DNA from: Minisyncoccota bacterium
GTDB taxonomy: Bacteria > Patescibacteriota > Minisyncoccia > Phycocordibacterales > SW-6-46-9
Direction: 5' to 3'
DNA length: 64,000 nucleotides
NCBI GenBank assembly: GCA_040905385.1
Contig: JBBDRP010000002.1
Span: 679,010-743,009, forward strand
Both the position numbers and the translations under genes were made by a program. How positions within the stretch are numbered: the stretch's first letter is position 1; each line of letters starts with the position of its first letter. Below, piece by piece: positions 27,432 to 38,002 of the stretch. The notes below the pieces were generated by a model. That model did no database searches and was not told where the DNA came from. It saw only the letters and a program-made list of their open reading frames with translations.

Positions 27432-28220
27432 CTAAAGTGACTGCAACTTCTGCAAAAGAGCTTCGTAATCAAGAGAGCCGTTTGTAACTACCAAATTACC
27501 ACTGTCTGGCTGCCAACTTTTGCCCGCAAAATCAGTAACCGTACAACCCGCCTGAGACATGACCAGCGACGGACCGGCGTAATCCCATGGACTACTTCCA
27601 CGAGAAATATACCAATCACGCCGGCCAGCAGCCAACCAAACGCCGGTAACTGCCGGTGAAGCAATAGCACTGCACCACGCCTCTCCATCTGATAGTTCCG
27701 ATACGGCCGCTTTGGTTTCATTCTCTTTTTGATTTACACCAATATTTCCGATTCCGTATGTTTTCTTCCAGTTATTTTGTTTAGAGGAGTGGATTATTTT
27801 TTCATTTAATTCAGTTCCTTTATCAATCTCTGCATAGCAAAGTTCATCAGTTGCTGGTAAGTAAATTGCTGCGTGCGTCACCTGCTTTTTCTTATTATCC
27901 CAGACGCCAATATTGATACCGAAAAGCTCGACCTCACTACTAAAATTGAGCGTACCATCAAGCGGATCAAGAAACCATGTGTATGGCGCATCAGTTGCGA
28001 CACTTGCTTGAGAATAATCACCCTCTTCGGCCACGATATGGTGATTAGGATACTCTCTCTCGATTGCCTGGACCATCACTCGCTGAGAAGCCAGATCTGC
28101 CTCGGTCATAATATCATTGATTCCCTCACCCTTTGTTTGTACCTGCAAATCAACAGTCTTAAATCGCTTCATTAATTCATCGCCGGCCACTTTAATTGTT
28201 TGAGTAATAAAATCTTTCAT
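27432..28220 (-). CDS. inositol monophosphatase family protein (SuhB/CysQ-like)
   Basis: 262 aa with WFLDPLDGTLNF, the WDYAG motif and the metal-binding EE..D pattern. Confidence 0.85.
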   Translation of the reverse strand: MKDFITQTIKVAGDELMKRFKTVDLQVQTKGEGINDIMTEADLASQRVMVQAIEREYPNHHIVAEEGDYSQASVATDAPYTWFLDPLDGTLNFSSEVELFGINIGVWDNKKKQVTHAAIYLPATDELCYAEIDKGTELNEKIIHSSKQNNWKKTYGIGNIGVNQKENETKAAVSELSDGEAWCSAIASPAVTGVWLAAGRRDWYISRGSSPWDYAGPSLVMSQAGCTVTDFAGKSWQPDSGNLVVTNGSLDYEALLQKLQSL

Positions 28221-28237
28221 ATCTTTAGTGTAGCAAA

Positions 28238-28280
28238 TTTAAAAGCCACCGCGGTGAAACCGGATGGCTTTAAATTAATC
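28238..28280. repeat. hairpin repeat family copy 1 (AAATTTAAAAGCCAcc...ggtGGCTTT)
   Basis: Shares A-tract/GCCA...TGGC/T-tract arms with the copies at 28772-28818 and 29500-29545. The loops differ, and the changes in the stem are compensatory. Confidence 0.6.
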
Positions 28281-28399
28281 GGTGGCAGTTTGTCTCATGC
28301 GAGACTCATGGTGCCAACCATGAACAATTTTGAATTCGCTTCTCTCAGGTTGTTAGGCTGAAAGGCCCTTCTCGGAGTCTTGTCCGAGTGCAGTAAGGC

Positions 28400-28696
28400 T
28401 TACTCGTGGCTTAGCGCACTCTTTTTACTGTCTGTATCTCCAACAAAGTAGAGATAGATAGCAGCCAGAGCTAGTAGTATCGCCACCACCCAGTACACAT
28501 AAGGCGGCAGGTTTACATACCAAGCACTCCCGAAAACATCGAGAAAGAGGTATCCGTCTGGAGCAGTGTACTCACCTGAAAAAGCTAAGTCATCTGACAG
28601 CCCAAGCTTGATACCAAAGTTGGCAACTTGGATTCCTGCGACTAAACCGGCTGCAAGCAGTAAAAATGCAGAGAGTAAACGATTGATGTATTGCAT
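28400..28696 (-). CDS. small membrane protein, hypothetical
   Basis: 98 aa with three hydrophobic helices. Confidence 0.4.
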   Translation of the reverse strand: MQYINRLLSAFLLLAAGLVAGIQVANFGIKLGLSDDLAFSGEYTAPDGYLFLDVFGSAWYVNLPPYVYWVVAILLALAAIYLYFVGDTDSKKSALSHE

Positions 28697-28771
28697 TTAT
28701 TTGGGGTTTAAATTAAGGTTCCTGTTTCTGATTATTATATTAAACCAATAAATGTTGTTTGTCAAATCTAC

Positions 28772-28818
28772 GTCAATAAATTTAAAAGCCATACCGGAAA
28801 ATCCGATATGGCTTTTTT
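28772..28818. repeat. hairpin repeat family copy 2
   Basis: aatttaaaagccataccggaaaatccgatatggcttttttgattt. Confidence 0.6.
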
Positions 28819-28826
28819 GATTTGAT

Positions 28827-29363
28827 TTATTTACGCTGAAACATAAACCCCTGCGTACAATGATTTGGATCAGCACGGTCCATAGGAACATCAGTAATAT
28901 AAAGTTGTTCACCCAGCGAAGTAGTTGTAATGGAAAGTGAACGTGATAACTTCTCAGTCATAGCAATCACACCATCCATACTGTGTTCTTCTATACCCTT
29001 TTTGCCCCACAAATCCAAAACAAGACAAGCTGTCTCTGGATGCACATAAGAATAACCACGTCGGGATGCCTCCTCTCTGACATCATCAAAGAAGAGATGA
29101 CTACCTCGAAATGCTAAGCCCTTCATGATTAGTAACTGATATTTTATTCCGTTAGAAATTCCTTCATTGAACTGAGGTTCCTTAAGCAAGTGAGGAACAC
29201 CGCAGGCTGAAACTGTATATTCTTGTCCAAGACTATAACCAGCCTGAGAAAACTTTTCATACCATTGCTTTCCTGTCATTCCGTTAGATATTACTTCTAA
29301 CTCAATGATATATTTTTCGTCTTGATACCATTTCGTTTCTTTCTTCGTTATCATAGTAAACAC
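28827..29363 (-). CDS. hypothetical protein
   Basis: 178-aa ORF with no recognised motif. Confidence 0.5.
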   Translation of the reverse strand: MFTMITKKETKWYQDEKYIIELEVISNGMTGKQWYEKFSQAGYSLGQEYTVSACGVPHLLKEPQFNEGISNGIKYQLLIMKGLAFRGSHLFFDDVREEASRRGYSYVHPETACLVLDLWGKKGIEEHSMDGVIAMTEKLSRSLSITTTSLGEQLYITDVPMDRADPNHCTQGFMFQRK

Positions 29364-29499
29364 CTTTTATTTAATTATTATTGTTCTAATTTTCTGTTAT
29401 TTATAATACATTATTTAAATGTACTTGTAAAGTGCTAAAATGTCGCTTATTTAGGGCTGTTTATTCAAACCCACCTACTTGTAGCCACAAGTAGGTGGA

Positions 29500-29545
29500 T
29501 AAATTTAAAAGCCACCTCGGTTGTGCCGGGTGGCTTTTTTGATTT
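29500..29545. repeat. hairpin repeat family copy 3, preceded by a perfect 12-bp hairpin at 29468-29495
   Basis: aaatttaaaagccacctcggttgtgccgggtggcttttttgattt. The upstream hairpin is ccacctacttgt-agcc-acaagtaggtgg. Confidence 0.6.
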
Positions 29546-29553
29546 TTGTGAAT

Positions 29554-29784
29554 TTACTTCACTACGCTCTTATGCAGTTTATTCTTCACTTCTCTTACTG
29601 TTGGATTAGATGGTATCTCGCTAACAACAAGATGGTAAGCATCCTCAAGAATTAGTGGTTTGAGCTCTTTTTCCAGCCTCTCCATCTCTTCTTTCGTACC
29701 AGCAGCTAAAATTTGAAGAGTGAGATAATCGTACTTGTGAGAAGGGATAACGTTTAATACATGCACATTATTCATAACTATCAC
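29554..29784 (-). CDS. small hypothetical protein
   Basis: 76-aa ORF immediately downstream of the 16S terminator region. Confidence 0.4.
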   Translation of the reverse strand: MIVMNNVHVLNVIPSHKYDYLTLQILAAGTKEEMERLEKELKPLILEDAYHLVVSEIPSNPTVREVKNKLHKSVVK

Positions 29785-29940
29785 CTATTTGTTTCGCAGA
29801 GGAACGCTTTACATCCTCTAGTTGGTATTCTATTTAAAATATTCTAGTATATTTATATCATACTACATTACTTTGTCAAGTACTAAAATAGCCCGTAATT
29901 TAGCGATATTCCCAACACAAAAACACTATCTATAATCAAA

Positions 29941-29967
29941 AAACTCCCTTTCGGGAGCTTTTTTTTA
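29941..29967 (-). terminator. bidirectional intrinsic terminator (ctccc-tttc-gggag with flanking A and T tracts)
   Basis: Hairpin with a T8 run, located downstream of the 16S 3' flank. Confidence 0.65.
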
Positions 29968-30304
29968 CATAAATAATTTGTTTTGCTATTTGCAAGACTC
30001 GCGCAGTGCGATTTGCACGGTTTCAGCTGTGCTGAAAAATCGCGCGAGCGTAGAAGAATTCTCGCTGGAGAATTCATTCGTGTTGCAGTAAATAGCGAGA
30101 GAAATTATCACCTTTTTCGTTTCGTTCATCCGCCGGTAACGGTATTCCGGGAACCGATCAGTTTTTGATGCACTGATATACATATGTGAAATTGTACACT
30201 CAAATAAGTGCGTACACTAACGCAGCGTGTAGCGATGATGAATAAATTCGTCATACGCTTCACTTGCAGTAGTCGACCTGTCAATCTTCAACGTTAGTTG
30301 AGGA

Positions 30305-31944
<1,640 letters not shown>

Positions 31945-32441
31945 TCTCGGTTGAACGAAACAAAGAAAATGACAATCATTTTATTTATTTCTGTACTGAT
32001 CTAGATAAGTTCTATTTCTCACCAAACTGTTTTCTATCTAAAAAAACAGTATGAATGATCGTGATCTATTCGGCTGTGAAAGAGCAGTATGGCTGACGCA
32101 ACCGCCAGACAAAAAATGCCCTCTTTCAGGGCGTTGACCATTATATACAGATGAAGCCGGAAGTCAACACGTTGCCTTCCGGCAGTCTAAAGTTAAAAGT
32201 AGAAAGTTCACCCAGTTAAATGCAGCTACGCTACAATCCCGCTCAAACGGGATTATTTAACCGGGTTAAAAGTCGATCAAGCTTCTCTAGAAAAACCATG
32301 GTCGATGCGTGCACCAGCGAGGTCAACAGCTAGCTTTGCAGCGAAAAAAACATAATTCATGAGGCTATATATATTTGACGCCTGTTAATTGAACGTGTAT
32401 TATTTACTTAAACAAGAACTTTCAAATCAAATTGTTGATAA

Positions 32442-32804
32442 ATGGATAATACAACGAAAGCACCCGCACCTCTGAGAAATCTTTTTAATGAATTCAATAA
32501 CGCTGAGCCGGAAACGCTGTTCGCACAACTTGAGCATTTTTTTGCTCGACTGTACGAAATGGAAACCAAGGAATTGGTAATTGGCTACCAAGCGTTCAAG
32601 ATTTTCAAGCAACAAGTGTCTAAGCGAGTATCCGAAGATGATTCACGCATTGAAATCCTTGATGACATTGAAAAAGCCATTTTCGACAGAATGTCGGCAA
32701 TAGCAAAAGATGGTATGTTTGTCTCATCTCTCAGACTGAAGCCCATTGAACGATTTATGAGAGTAACGGGCAAACCTCGTTCTTTTTTCTTGCAAAATAT
32801 ATAA
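32442..32804 (+). CDS. hypothetical protein
   Basis: 120-aa ORF divergent from the 16S promoter region. It is followed by a double hairpin terminator at 32806-32880. Confidence 0.5.
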   Translation: MDNTTKAPAPLRNLFNEFNNAEPETLFAQLEHFFARLYEMETKELVIGYQAFKIFKQQVSKRVSEDDSRIEILDDIEKAIFDRMSAIAKDGMFVSSLRLKPIERFMRVTGKPRSFFLQNI

Positions 32805-32891
32805 ACCAAAAACCGTGTTGGGATTCAACTCCTAACACGGTTTTAAAATTATCCGCTGGCTAAAATTAGTCAGCGGATTTTTCTTTTAACC

Positions 32892-33152
32892 TTAACTATC
32901 GTAAATCTCAGAGCGATGGCCGGCGGCGTCAACTCGTATCAGGTTGCTTTCTGGTCTTAGTCTATACAAAACACGATAATCTCCAACCCGCAGCTTGAAG
33001 AAATCACTATAATTCCCTGACAAGCGTTCGTGATTTACAGAATCAACATTTTCTGCCAACCAACGAAGTTTCTTCTCTATACGTTCACAAACCGCAGTAT
33101 CGAGTTTATTTAATGTCTCTTTAGCCTGCGGTGTGATATATACTTTCCACAT
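32892..33152 (-). CDS. RelE/ParE family toxin
   Basis: 86 aa with the core motif LRVGDYRVLYRLRPESNLIRVDAAGHRSEIY. It lies 2 nt downstream of the antitoxin ORF. Confidence 0.8.
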   Translation of the reverse strand: MWKVYITPQAKETLNKLDTAVCERIEKKLRWLAENVDSVNHERLSGNYSDFFKLRVGDYRVLYRLRPESNLIRVDAAGHRSEIYDS

Positions 33153-33153
33153 T

Positions 33154-33402
33154 TTAAGCGGTCTTCTTTTTTACCTCTTCAAGCGGAATCAGGTCTTCAT
33201 CAGGTGTTTGGCGAGCCTGCTCTAACTGCTCTTTAATTTCTTCACGCAACTCTAGGCCGGCATCCGGGTCATCGGTGAGAGTTTGCAAAGCCCGAACAAC
33301 CTCCTCGCGCACTACCTGGCGTAGGTCTTCAAGATTGATGTTTTTGTTCGTTGCTTTACTCATAAGTATTCTCATTGTACTGCACACAAATATGTCTTGC
33401 AA
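33154..33402 (-). CDS. antitoxin of RelE/ParE pair (start probably at internal Met, ~33363)
   Basis: Small acidic protein whose gene almost overlaps the toxin gene. A C-terminal acidic tail is typical of such antitoxins. Confidence 0.6.
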   Translation of the reverse strand: MQDIFVCSTMRILMSKATNKNINLEDLRQVVREEVVRALQTLTDDPDAGLELREEIKEQLEQARQTPDEDLIPLEEVKKKTA

Positions 33403-33561
33403 AGGCTGTCACACAAATACAACTGCTCGGTAGCTACTCTTAATAGTCATTAATGTTAAGTGTCGGACACTTAACATATACCGAATAGATATCGCCTACC
33501 ATTCAACCACCTAACGCCTTCTGCTCAAGCAGTTGCTACAGCTTTGCGCTACCTCTCAACG

Positions 33562-34065
33562 CTATAGAAGAAGCTGCGTGAGCATATAAACCGCCATCGT
33601 CGCCATCAGCAGATCCTCCCCGAGCGTCACCCAGGTCATCGGGATCTTAAACACCGCTCCCATGCAGGCGCACGGAATTGTCTCCTTCTCGCGCAGCTTC
33701 TGGGCAACACCATAGGCACCAACTGTCATCAAAATCGCGGTCAGGATATTCACCGGAACCAACCAGAGCCCGGCCAGATACAGACTACCGAGCATTATCT
33801 CGATAAATGGATACACATGGGCGTACGCACTGCTTCGCTTTGCCAGCGGATCGTACATCGAAAAGGCGCTGGCAAAACCCTTCGTATTGTAAGCCTTCAT
33901 GATTCCAAAGGTTAGAAAGAAGAAGCCCATAAACACCCGAGCAGCCGTAAAGACAGTGTTCGTCGCCGAAGGGATCAGCTCGATGAAGACAGCACTGGCC
34001 AGCAACACAAAAGAGACAGCATAAATAAGTGGGTAGAAATCTTTTATTGTGTAGGAATTTTTCAT
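33562..34065 (-). CDS. DoxX/MauE-like integral membrane protein
   Basis: 167 aa with 4-5 TM helices and a CACMG motif. Confidence 0.5.
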   Translation of the reverse strand: MKNSYTIKDFYPLIYAVSFVLLASAVFIELIPSATNTVFTAARVFMGFFFLTFGIMKAYNTKGFASAFSMYDPLAKRSSAYAHVYPFIEIMLGSLYLAGLWLVPVNILTAILMTVGAYGVAQKLREKETIPCACMGAVFKIPMTWVTLGEDLLMATMAVYMLTQLLL

Positions 34066-34163
34066 AATGTGGTACTCATTATTACATAATACGCCCCAAA
34101 AAACTGGAAAAAGAAGCTTTTTTGCCGTAATATAGAGTCACTACCAGATAAGATAAAAGATAT

Positions 34164-34550
34164 ATGGAAATTATTTTTGTGATCGGACGCATACTACTGG
34201 GTGGATACTTTGTCATGATGGCTTTTAATCACTTTAAGGATAGCGAATCCATGGCCGGGTACGCTAAATCGAAAAATGTACCGATGCCGAAAATTGCTGT
34301 GATTGGTACAGGTGTCCTTATGGCACTTGGTGGACTTGGAATCGTTCTAGGTGCCTTTCCTCAGCTGGCTATTCTCTTGCTGATTCTGTTCCTGCTACCA
34401 ACAACCTTCATGATGCATGACTTCTGGAACGCTGAAGGTCAGGAAAAGCAGATGGAGATGATTAACTTTACAAAAAACCTGGCGCTTGTCGGGGCTCTCA
34501 TCATGCTTCTGGCACTGAGTACACCATGGCTTGCATCAGTTGGTCTGTAA
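34164..34550 (+). CDS. DoxX family membrane protein
   Basis: 128 aa with four TM helices and DoxX-like spacing. Confidence 0.65.
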   Translation: MEIIFVIGRILLGGYFVMMAFNHFKDSESMAGYAKSKNVPMPKIAVIGTGVLMALGGLGIVLGAFPQLAILLLILFLLPTTFMMHDFWNAEGQEKQMEMINFTKNLALVGALIMLLALSTPWLASVGL

Positions 34551-34857
34551 GAAAAATTACGGACATGACATAAAAGTAACAACACTCGCCAAGAAGGCGA
34601 GTGTTGTTTATTGTCTGATAATCTACTTGCCGCAGCACCAAAGCACAGCATGGTTCTGGACTACACTACCGAGGAAATCACTGTTCGTTTGGCTGGTAAT
34701 TCAGCATGAAATAGTATCTTAAACCATGATTTCCTTTTTCCGCTTGCATTTTTCTCTAAATACTATACGCTTGGTGGTGAACCAAGTGGCCGGGAGAGGA
34801 TGATGAATCATTCTAAACGGGCGTTTGGGGTTATTCATTATTCTAATTCAAATTCTT

Positions 34858-35115
34858 ATGAACACTGGAAAAATTCAACGACTAACCGACCGTGGTTTTG
34901 GCTTCATCGAAGCTGATAGCGACGAGTACGGGGACGATCTATTCTTTCACGCTAACGAACTCGAAGGTGTTGAGTTCGACGCTCTAACTGAAGGTGAGAC
35001 AGTTCAGTTCGAAGTAACTGAAACACCGAAGGGAATGAACGCTGTAAACGTTAGCCGCACAGACGGTGACGCTGCAGACGCTGATGAGGACACAGACGAA
35101 GAAGCTGAGGCATAA
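34858..35115 (+). CDS. cspA: cold-shock protein (CspA family) with acidic C-terminal tail
   Basis: The N-terminus GKIQRLTDRGFGFIEADSDEYGDDLFFHANEL carries the RNP1/RNP2 motifs. A 275-nt 5' leader precedes the gene. Confidence 0.9.
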   Translation: MNTGKIQRLTDRGFGFIEADSDEYGDDLFFHANELEGVEFDALTEGETVQFEVTETPKGMNAVNVSRTDGDAADADEDTDEEAEA

Positions 35116-35124
35116 ATCCCTCTC

Positions 35125-35156
35125 TTCTTAAGATAAAAAAGACCCGCCGAGAGGCG
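35125..35156 (+). terminator. rho-independent terminator (gacccgcc-gaga-ggcgggtc + T6)
   Basis: A perfect 8-bp GC-rich stem followed by a T tract, downstream of cspA. Confidence 0.8.
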
Positions 35157-35187
35157 GGTCTTTTTTATTGTTGTGTTACTATAAAAT

Positions 35188-35556
35188 ATGAATATGGAGA
35201 ATGTACCACAACCAAAAAACGGCTCAGAAACTCCTGAAGAAACTGACGAATACACGTCAAAAATACAGAGTATTCTTCATTCACAAGGAAACCATGAAGA
35301 GAAGATAGCTCAGATTGAGCAGATTAAAGATAAAACTCGAGAGGAGATTCAGAAAATAACTGAAAAGCGAGAGGAGATTCAGAATCTCCGAGAGAAATTT
35401 ATAACTAATGATGAGTTAACCGAGCAGCGGAAAAAAGAGTACGAGGAGGCTATTGGAATAATTGATAAAAAAGAAGCGGCTGCTTACCAGAAAATTAAAG
35501 AGGCTGAGGAAGCTTTTAAGAAGATTGCCGACACTACGCACGCAGAAGATGTATAA
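35188..35556 (+). CDS. coiled-coil hypothetical protein
   Basis: 122 aa with E/K/Q-rich heptad repeats. Confidence 0.5.
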   Translation: MNMENVPQPKNGSETPEETDEYTSKIQSILHSQGNHEEKIAQIEQIKDKTREEIQKITEKREEIQNLREKFITNDELTEQRKKEYEEAIGIIDKKEAAAYQKIKEAEEAFKKIADTTHAEDV

Positions 35557-35636
35557 ATGAACTCTTAGAAAAATTGATAAAATTTTCTACTGATTGACAC
35601 TGATATTAAAACCAGCTCGTCATCTCAGCTTCTACT

Positions 35637-36341
35637 TTGTACATGCTGCCACTTTCGAATGATAATTTACTGCTTGTCGACAAACCGAAAGGAATTAGTT
35701 CTTTTGATGTGATTCGTCGACTACGAAGAATGATCGGTAAACGCAAGATGGGTCATGCCGGCACGCTCGATCCGCTAGCTACTGGTCTTTTGATTATTGG
35801 TATCGACCGTGGCACCAAGGAGCTGCAGCAATACCTTGGCAGCGACAAGACTTACGATGCCAAGGTACTTATTGGTATCTCAACAGAGACAGATGATATG
35901 GAGGGTGATGTTACAAAATCTGCAGCTCCTGATAATCTCTCCGTGGAAGCCGTGAAAAAAGTACTGGACGGAATGATTGGTAGTATAACGATACCTGCCC
36001 CTATCTACTCAGCGATCAAGGTTGATGGCGTGCCACTTTACAAGCACGCCCGTGCCGGTCGCGACGTCACTCCTCCGGATCGTACAATGAAGATAATTCA
36101 GGCTGACCTTAAAAATTTTCAATGCGGAGTCGAAGAAATTAAAAATATTAAGCAAAATTTCTGCCGAGCTAAAATCCAGTTCGAGGTCGGCAGCGGTACC
36201 TACATTCGCTCACTGGCTGTAGAGATCGGCCGACGGATCGGCTTTCCGGCAACCCTAGCAGATCTTCGGCGGACGAGTATTGCTGACCTATCCATCGAGG
36301 ATGCCCACACGCTAGAGGAGATATCTCAATTAGCTGATTAG
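35637..36341 (+). CDS. truB: tRNA pseudouridine(55) synthase
   Basis: 234 aa. LLVDKPKGISSFDV....GHAGTLDPLATGLL contains the catalytic Asp motif. Confidence 0.9.
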   Translation: MYMLPLSNDNLLLVDKPKGISSFDVIRRLRRMIGKRKMGHAGTLDPLATGLLIIGIDRGTKELQQYLGSDKTYDAKVLIGISTETDDMEGDVTKSAAPDNLSVEAVKKVLDGMIGSITIPAPIYSAIKVDGVPLYKHARAGRDVTPPDRTMKIIQADLKNFQCGVEEIKNIKQNFCRAKIQFEVGSGTYIRSLAVEIGRRIGFPATLADLRRTSIADLSIEDAHTLEEISQLAD

Positions 36342-36572
36342 TCTTTCTTTTTGTGGGCGTGAAAGTTTCTTGATTTCTGCCTCGCGCGCGGATGCGGCGG
36401 ATCGATTAGTCACTTCCTCTACATAAACCATTTTTTCTGCGCCCTTGGCGGACGTATACTTACTGGCTGTACCAGCCTGATGTTCCGCCAATCGTCGATC
36501 GACATCTGTTGTAATACCGGTGTACAACGTGCCGTCACTGCACTTCAGGATGTAAACAAACCATAAGTTCAT
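36330..36572 (-). CDS. GIY-YIG nuclease family protein (UPF0213/YhbQ-like)
   Basis: 80 aa. WFVYILKCSDGTLYTGITTDVDRRLAEHQ matches the GIY-YIG signature. Confidence 0.8.
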   Translation of the reverse strand: MNLWFVYILKCSDGTLYTGITTDVDRRLAEHQAGTASKYTSAKGAEKMVYVEEVTNRSAASAREAEIKKLSRPQKERLIS

Positions 36573-36748
36573 TACAAAATTAAGTTAGGTACAATGAAAA
36601 TTTCGCACCGTCAGCACGTCAAATACGGCATAATACGTCTTCTTATCACTCAGAGTATAGTATACACCTCATTCTTCTGCATCGTTTTATGCCGCATTTG
36701 ATCGCGCTTTTGGGCACGATTACGTTTTGTAATGAACTTTTTTTCATA

Positions 36749-37306
36749 CTAGAGACCAAGAGCTTCGTACACCGCGTCGCGATGATCGGCAATAAAATCT
36801 TCACGACCGCTCTCTTGGCGATACTGCTCGTAATGCTCAGGATTCTTATCAGCATAGTTTTGGTGGTACTCCTCGGCCGTCCAGAAATCATCAGCCGGCA
36901 GTACCTCGGTAACGATCGGATTAGGAAAAACGTCGGCTTCTTCAAGCGCCTCAATTACTGCCAGTGCCTCGTCCTCTTCCTGTCGGTTTTGGCAGTAAAC
37001 TGCCGAGGTGTATGAGTGGCCACGATCATAAAAGGATCCACCTGAATCAGTCGGGTCATGAATTGTGAAAAAATAAGCTAGTAGCTCACGATAGCTGGTC
37101 TCATTCGGGTCATACCAGACACGAACTGCTTCGCGGTGACGATTAGCCGCCGCTGTTTCGTATGAAGGATCCTCGGTATCTCCGCCGATGTAGCCAGACT
37201 CAATATTCTTGATGGCTGGACGCTTTTTAAAGTCTGCCTCCACACACCAGAAGCAACCGCCAGCAAAAATAGCCGAATTGAGATCCCTGTGTGAAATTTC
37301 GTTCAT
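36749..37306 (-). CDS. msrA: peptide methionine sulfoxide reductase MsrA
   Basis: 185 aa with the active-site motif GGCFWCVEA. Confidence 0.9.
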   Translation of the reverse strand: MNEISHRDLNSAIFAGGCFWCVEADFKKRPAIKNIESGYIGGDTEDPSYETAAANRHREAVRVWYDPNETSYRELLAYFFTIHDPTDSGGSFYDRGHSYTSAVYCQNRQEEDEALAVIEALEEADVFPNPIVTEVLPADDFWTAEEYHQNYADKNPEHYEQYRQESGREDFIADHRDAVYEALGL

Positions 37307-37374
37307 ACTTATAGAGTACTATGGAATTTACTTTAGAGAAAATGAAAATTTATAAATTCCCCACAAGAAAAGGC

Positions 37375-37914
37375 TTATTTATCTATAACGCTGATAGACT
37401 GGATAAACTTTAAAAGCTTATCTCCTGAATATCTCACTCCAGTGTATGCAACCCCGCTAACACTAATTAAAAGTGCAAATAATGCAAACACAATATACAT
37501 ATCCATTAAAGTAGTGCTAGTAGCAAGTTGCTGAAAAGGAATAAGTATAAATATAAAAATTAATATAACACCTGAAATAGCCGGAATACACCACCAGCAA
37601 TACGCTTCATCAGGGTTATTTTCTCCAAATATACTCATCACAATCTCTGAGATTATCCCAAAAGCCATGGAGCCGTATAGATACCAACGCCACAGATCAT
37701 TTTCATCAATTGATATCGTGTTTAAGCTATCAGGTAGATATTTATCAAAAATTACTGCTAAATCAACAGTGATGATGGATCCAAGCATTAACACTGAAGT
37801 TAATGTCAGAATAATCAGCCCGGTAATAGGAAGAAATCCAAAGGCGTGCTTCAGTGAATTAACTAAAAATACCGCGGTTGTGTGTACAATCTTTTTTGTA
37901 AGAGATTCGTGCAT
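37375..37914 (-). CDS. hypothetical integral membrane protein
   Basis: 179 aa with about five TM helices. Confidence 0.45.
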   Translation of the reverse strand: MHESLTKKIVHTTAVFLVNSLKHAFGFLPITGLIILTLTSVLMLGSIITVDLAVIFDKYLPDSLNTISIDENDLWRWYLYGSMAFGIISEIVMSIFGENNPDEAYCWWCIPAISGVILIFIFILIPFQQLATSTTLMDMYIVFALFALLISVSGVAYTGVRYSGDKLLKFIQSISVIDK

Positions 37915-38002
37915 ATGGATACGTAATGTAAATCCAGAATACTACGAAACAAGACGGAATTAAAATTATCATATCTAACACCTTGCTGGTTATAATAGAT
38001 TA

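Noticed and set aside
28238-29545. Possible CRISPR array, suggested by the recurring hairpin repeats
   Set aside because: There are only three copies. They are irregularly spaced, 530-730 bp apart, and separated by protein-coding genes. The repeat loops differ, and no cas genes are present. The arrangement fits dispersed terminator-like hairpins rather than a repeat-spacer array.
29968-30304. tRNA-Ile or tRNA-Ala in the spacer downstream of the 16S 3' end
   Set aside because: A cloverleaf could not be folded anywhere in this 330-nt stretch. It contains only a terminator hairpin and AT-rich sequence.
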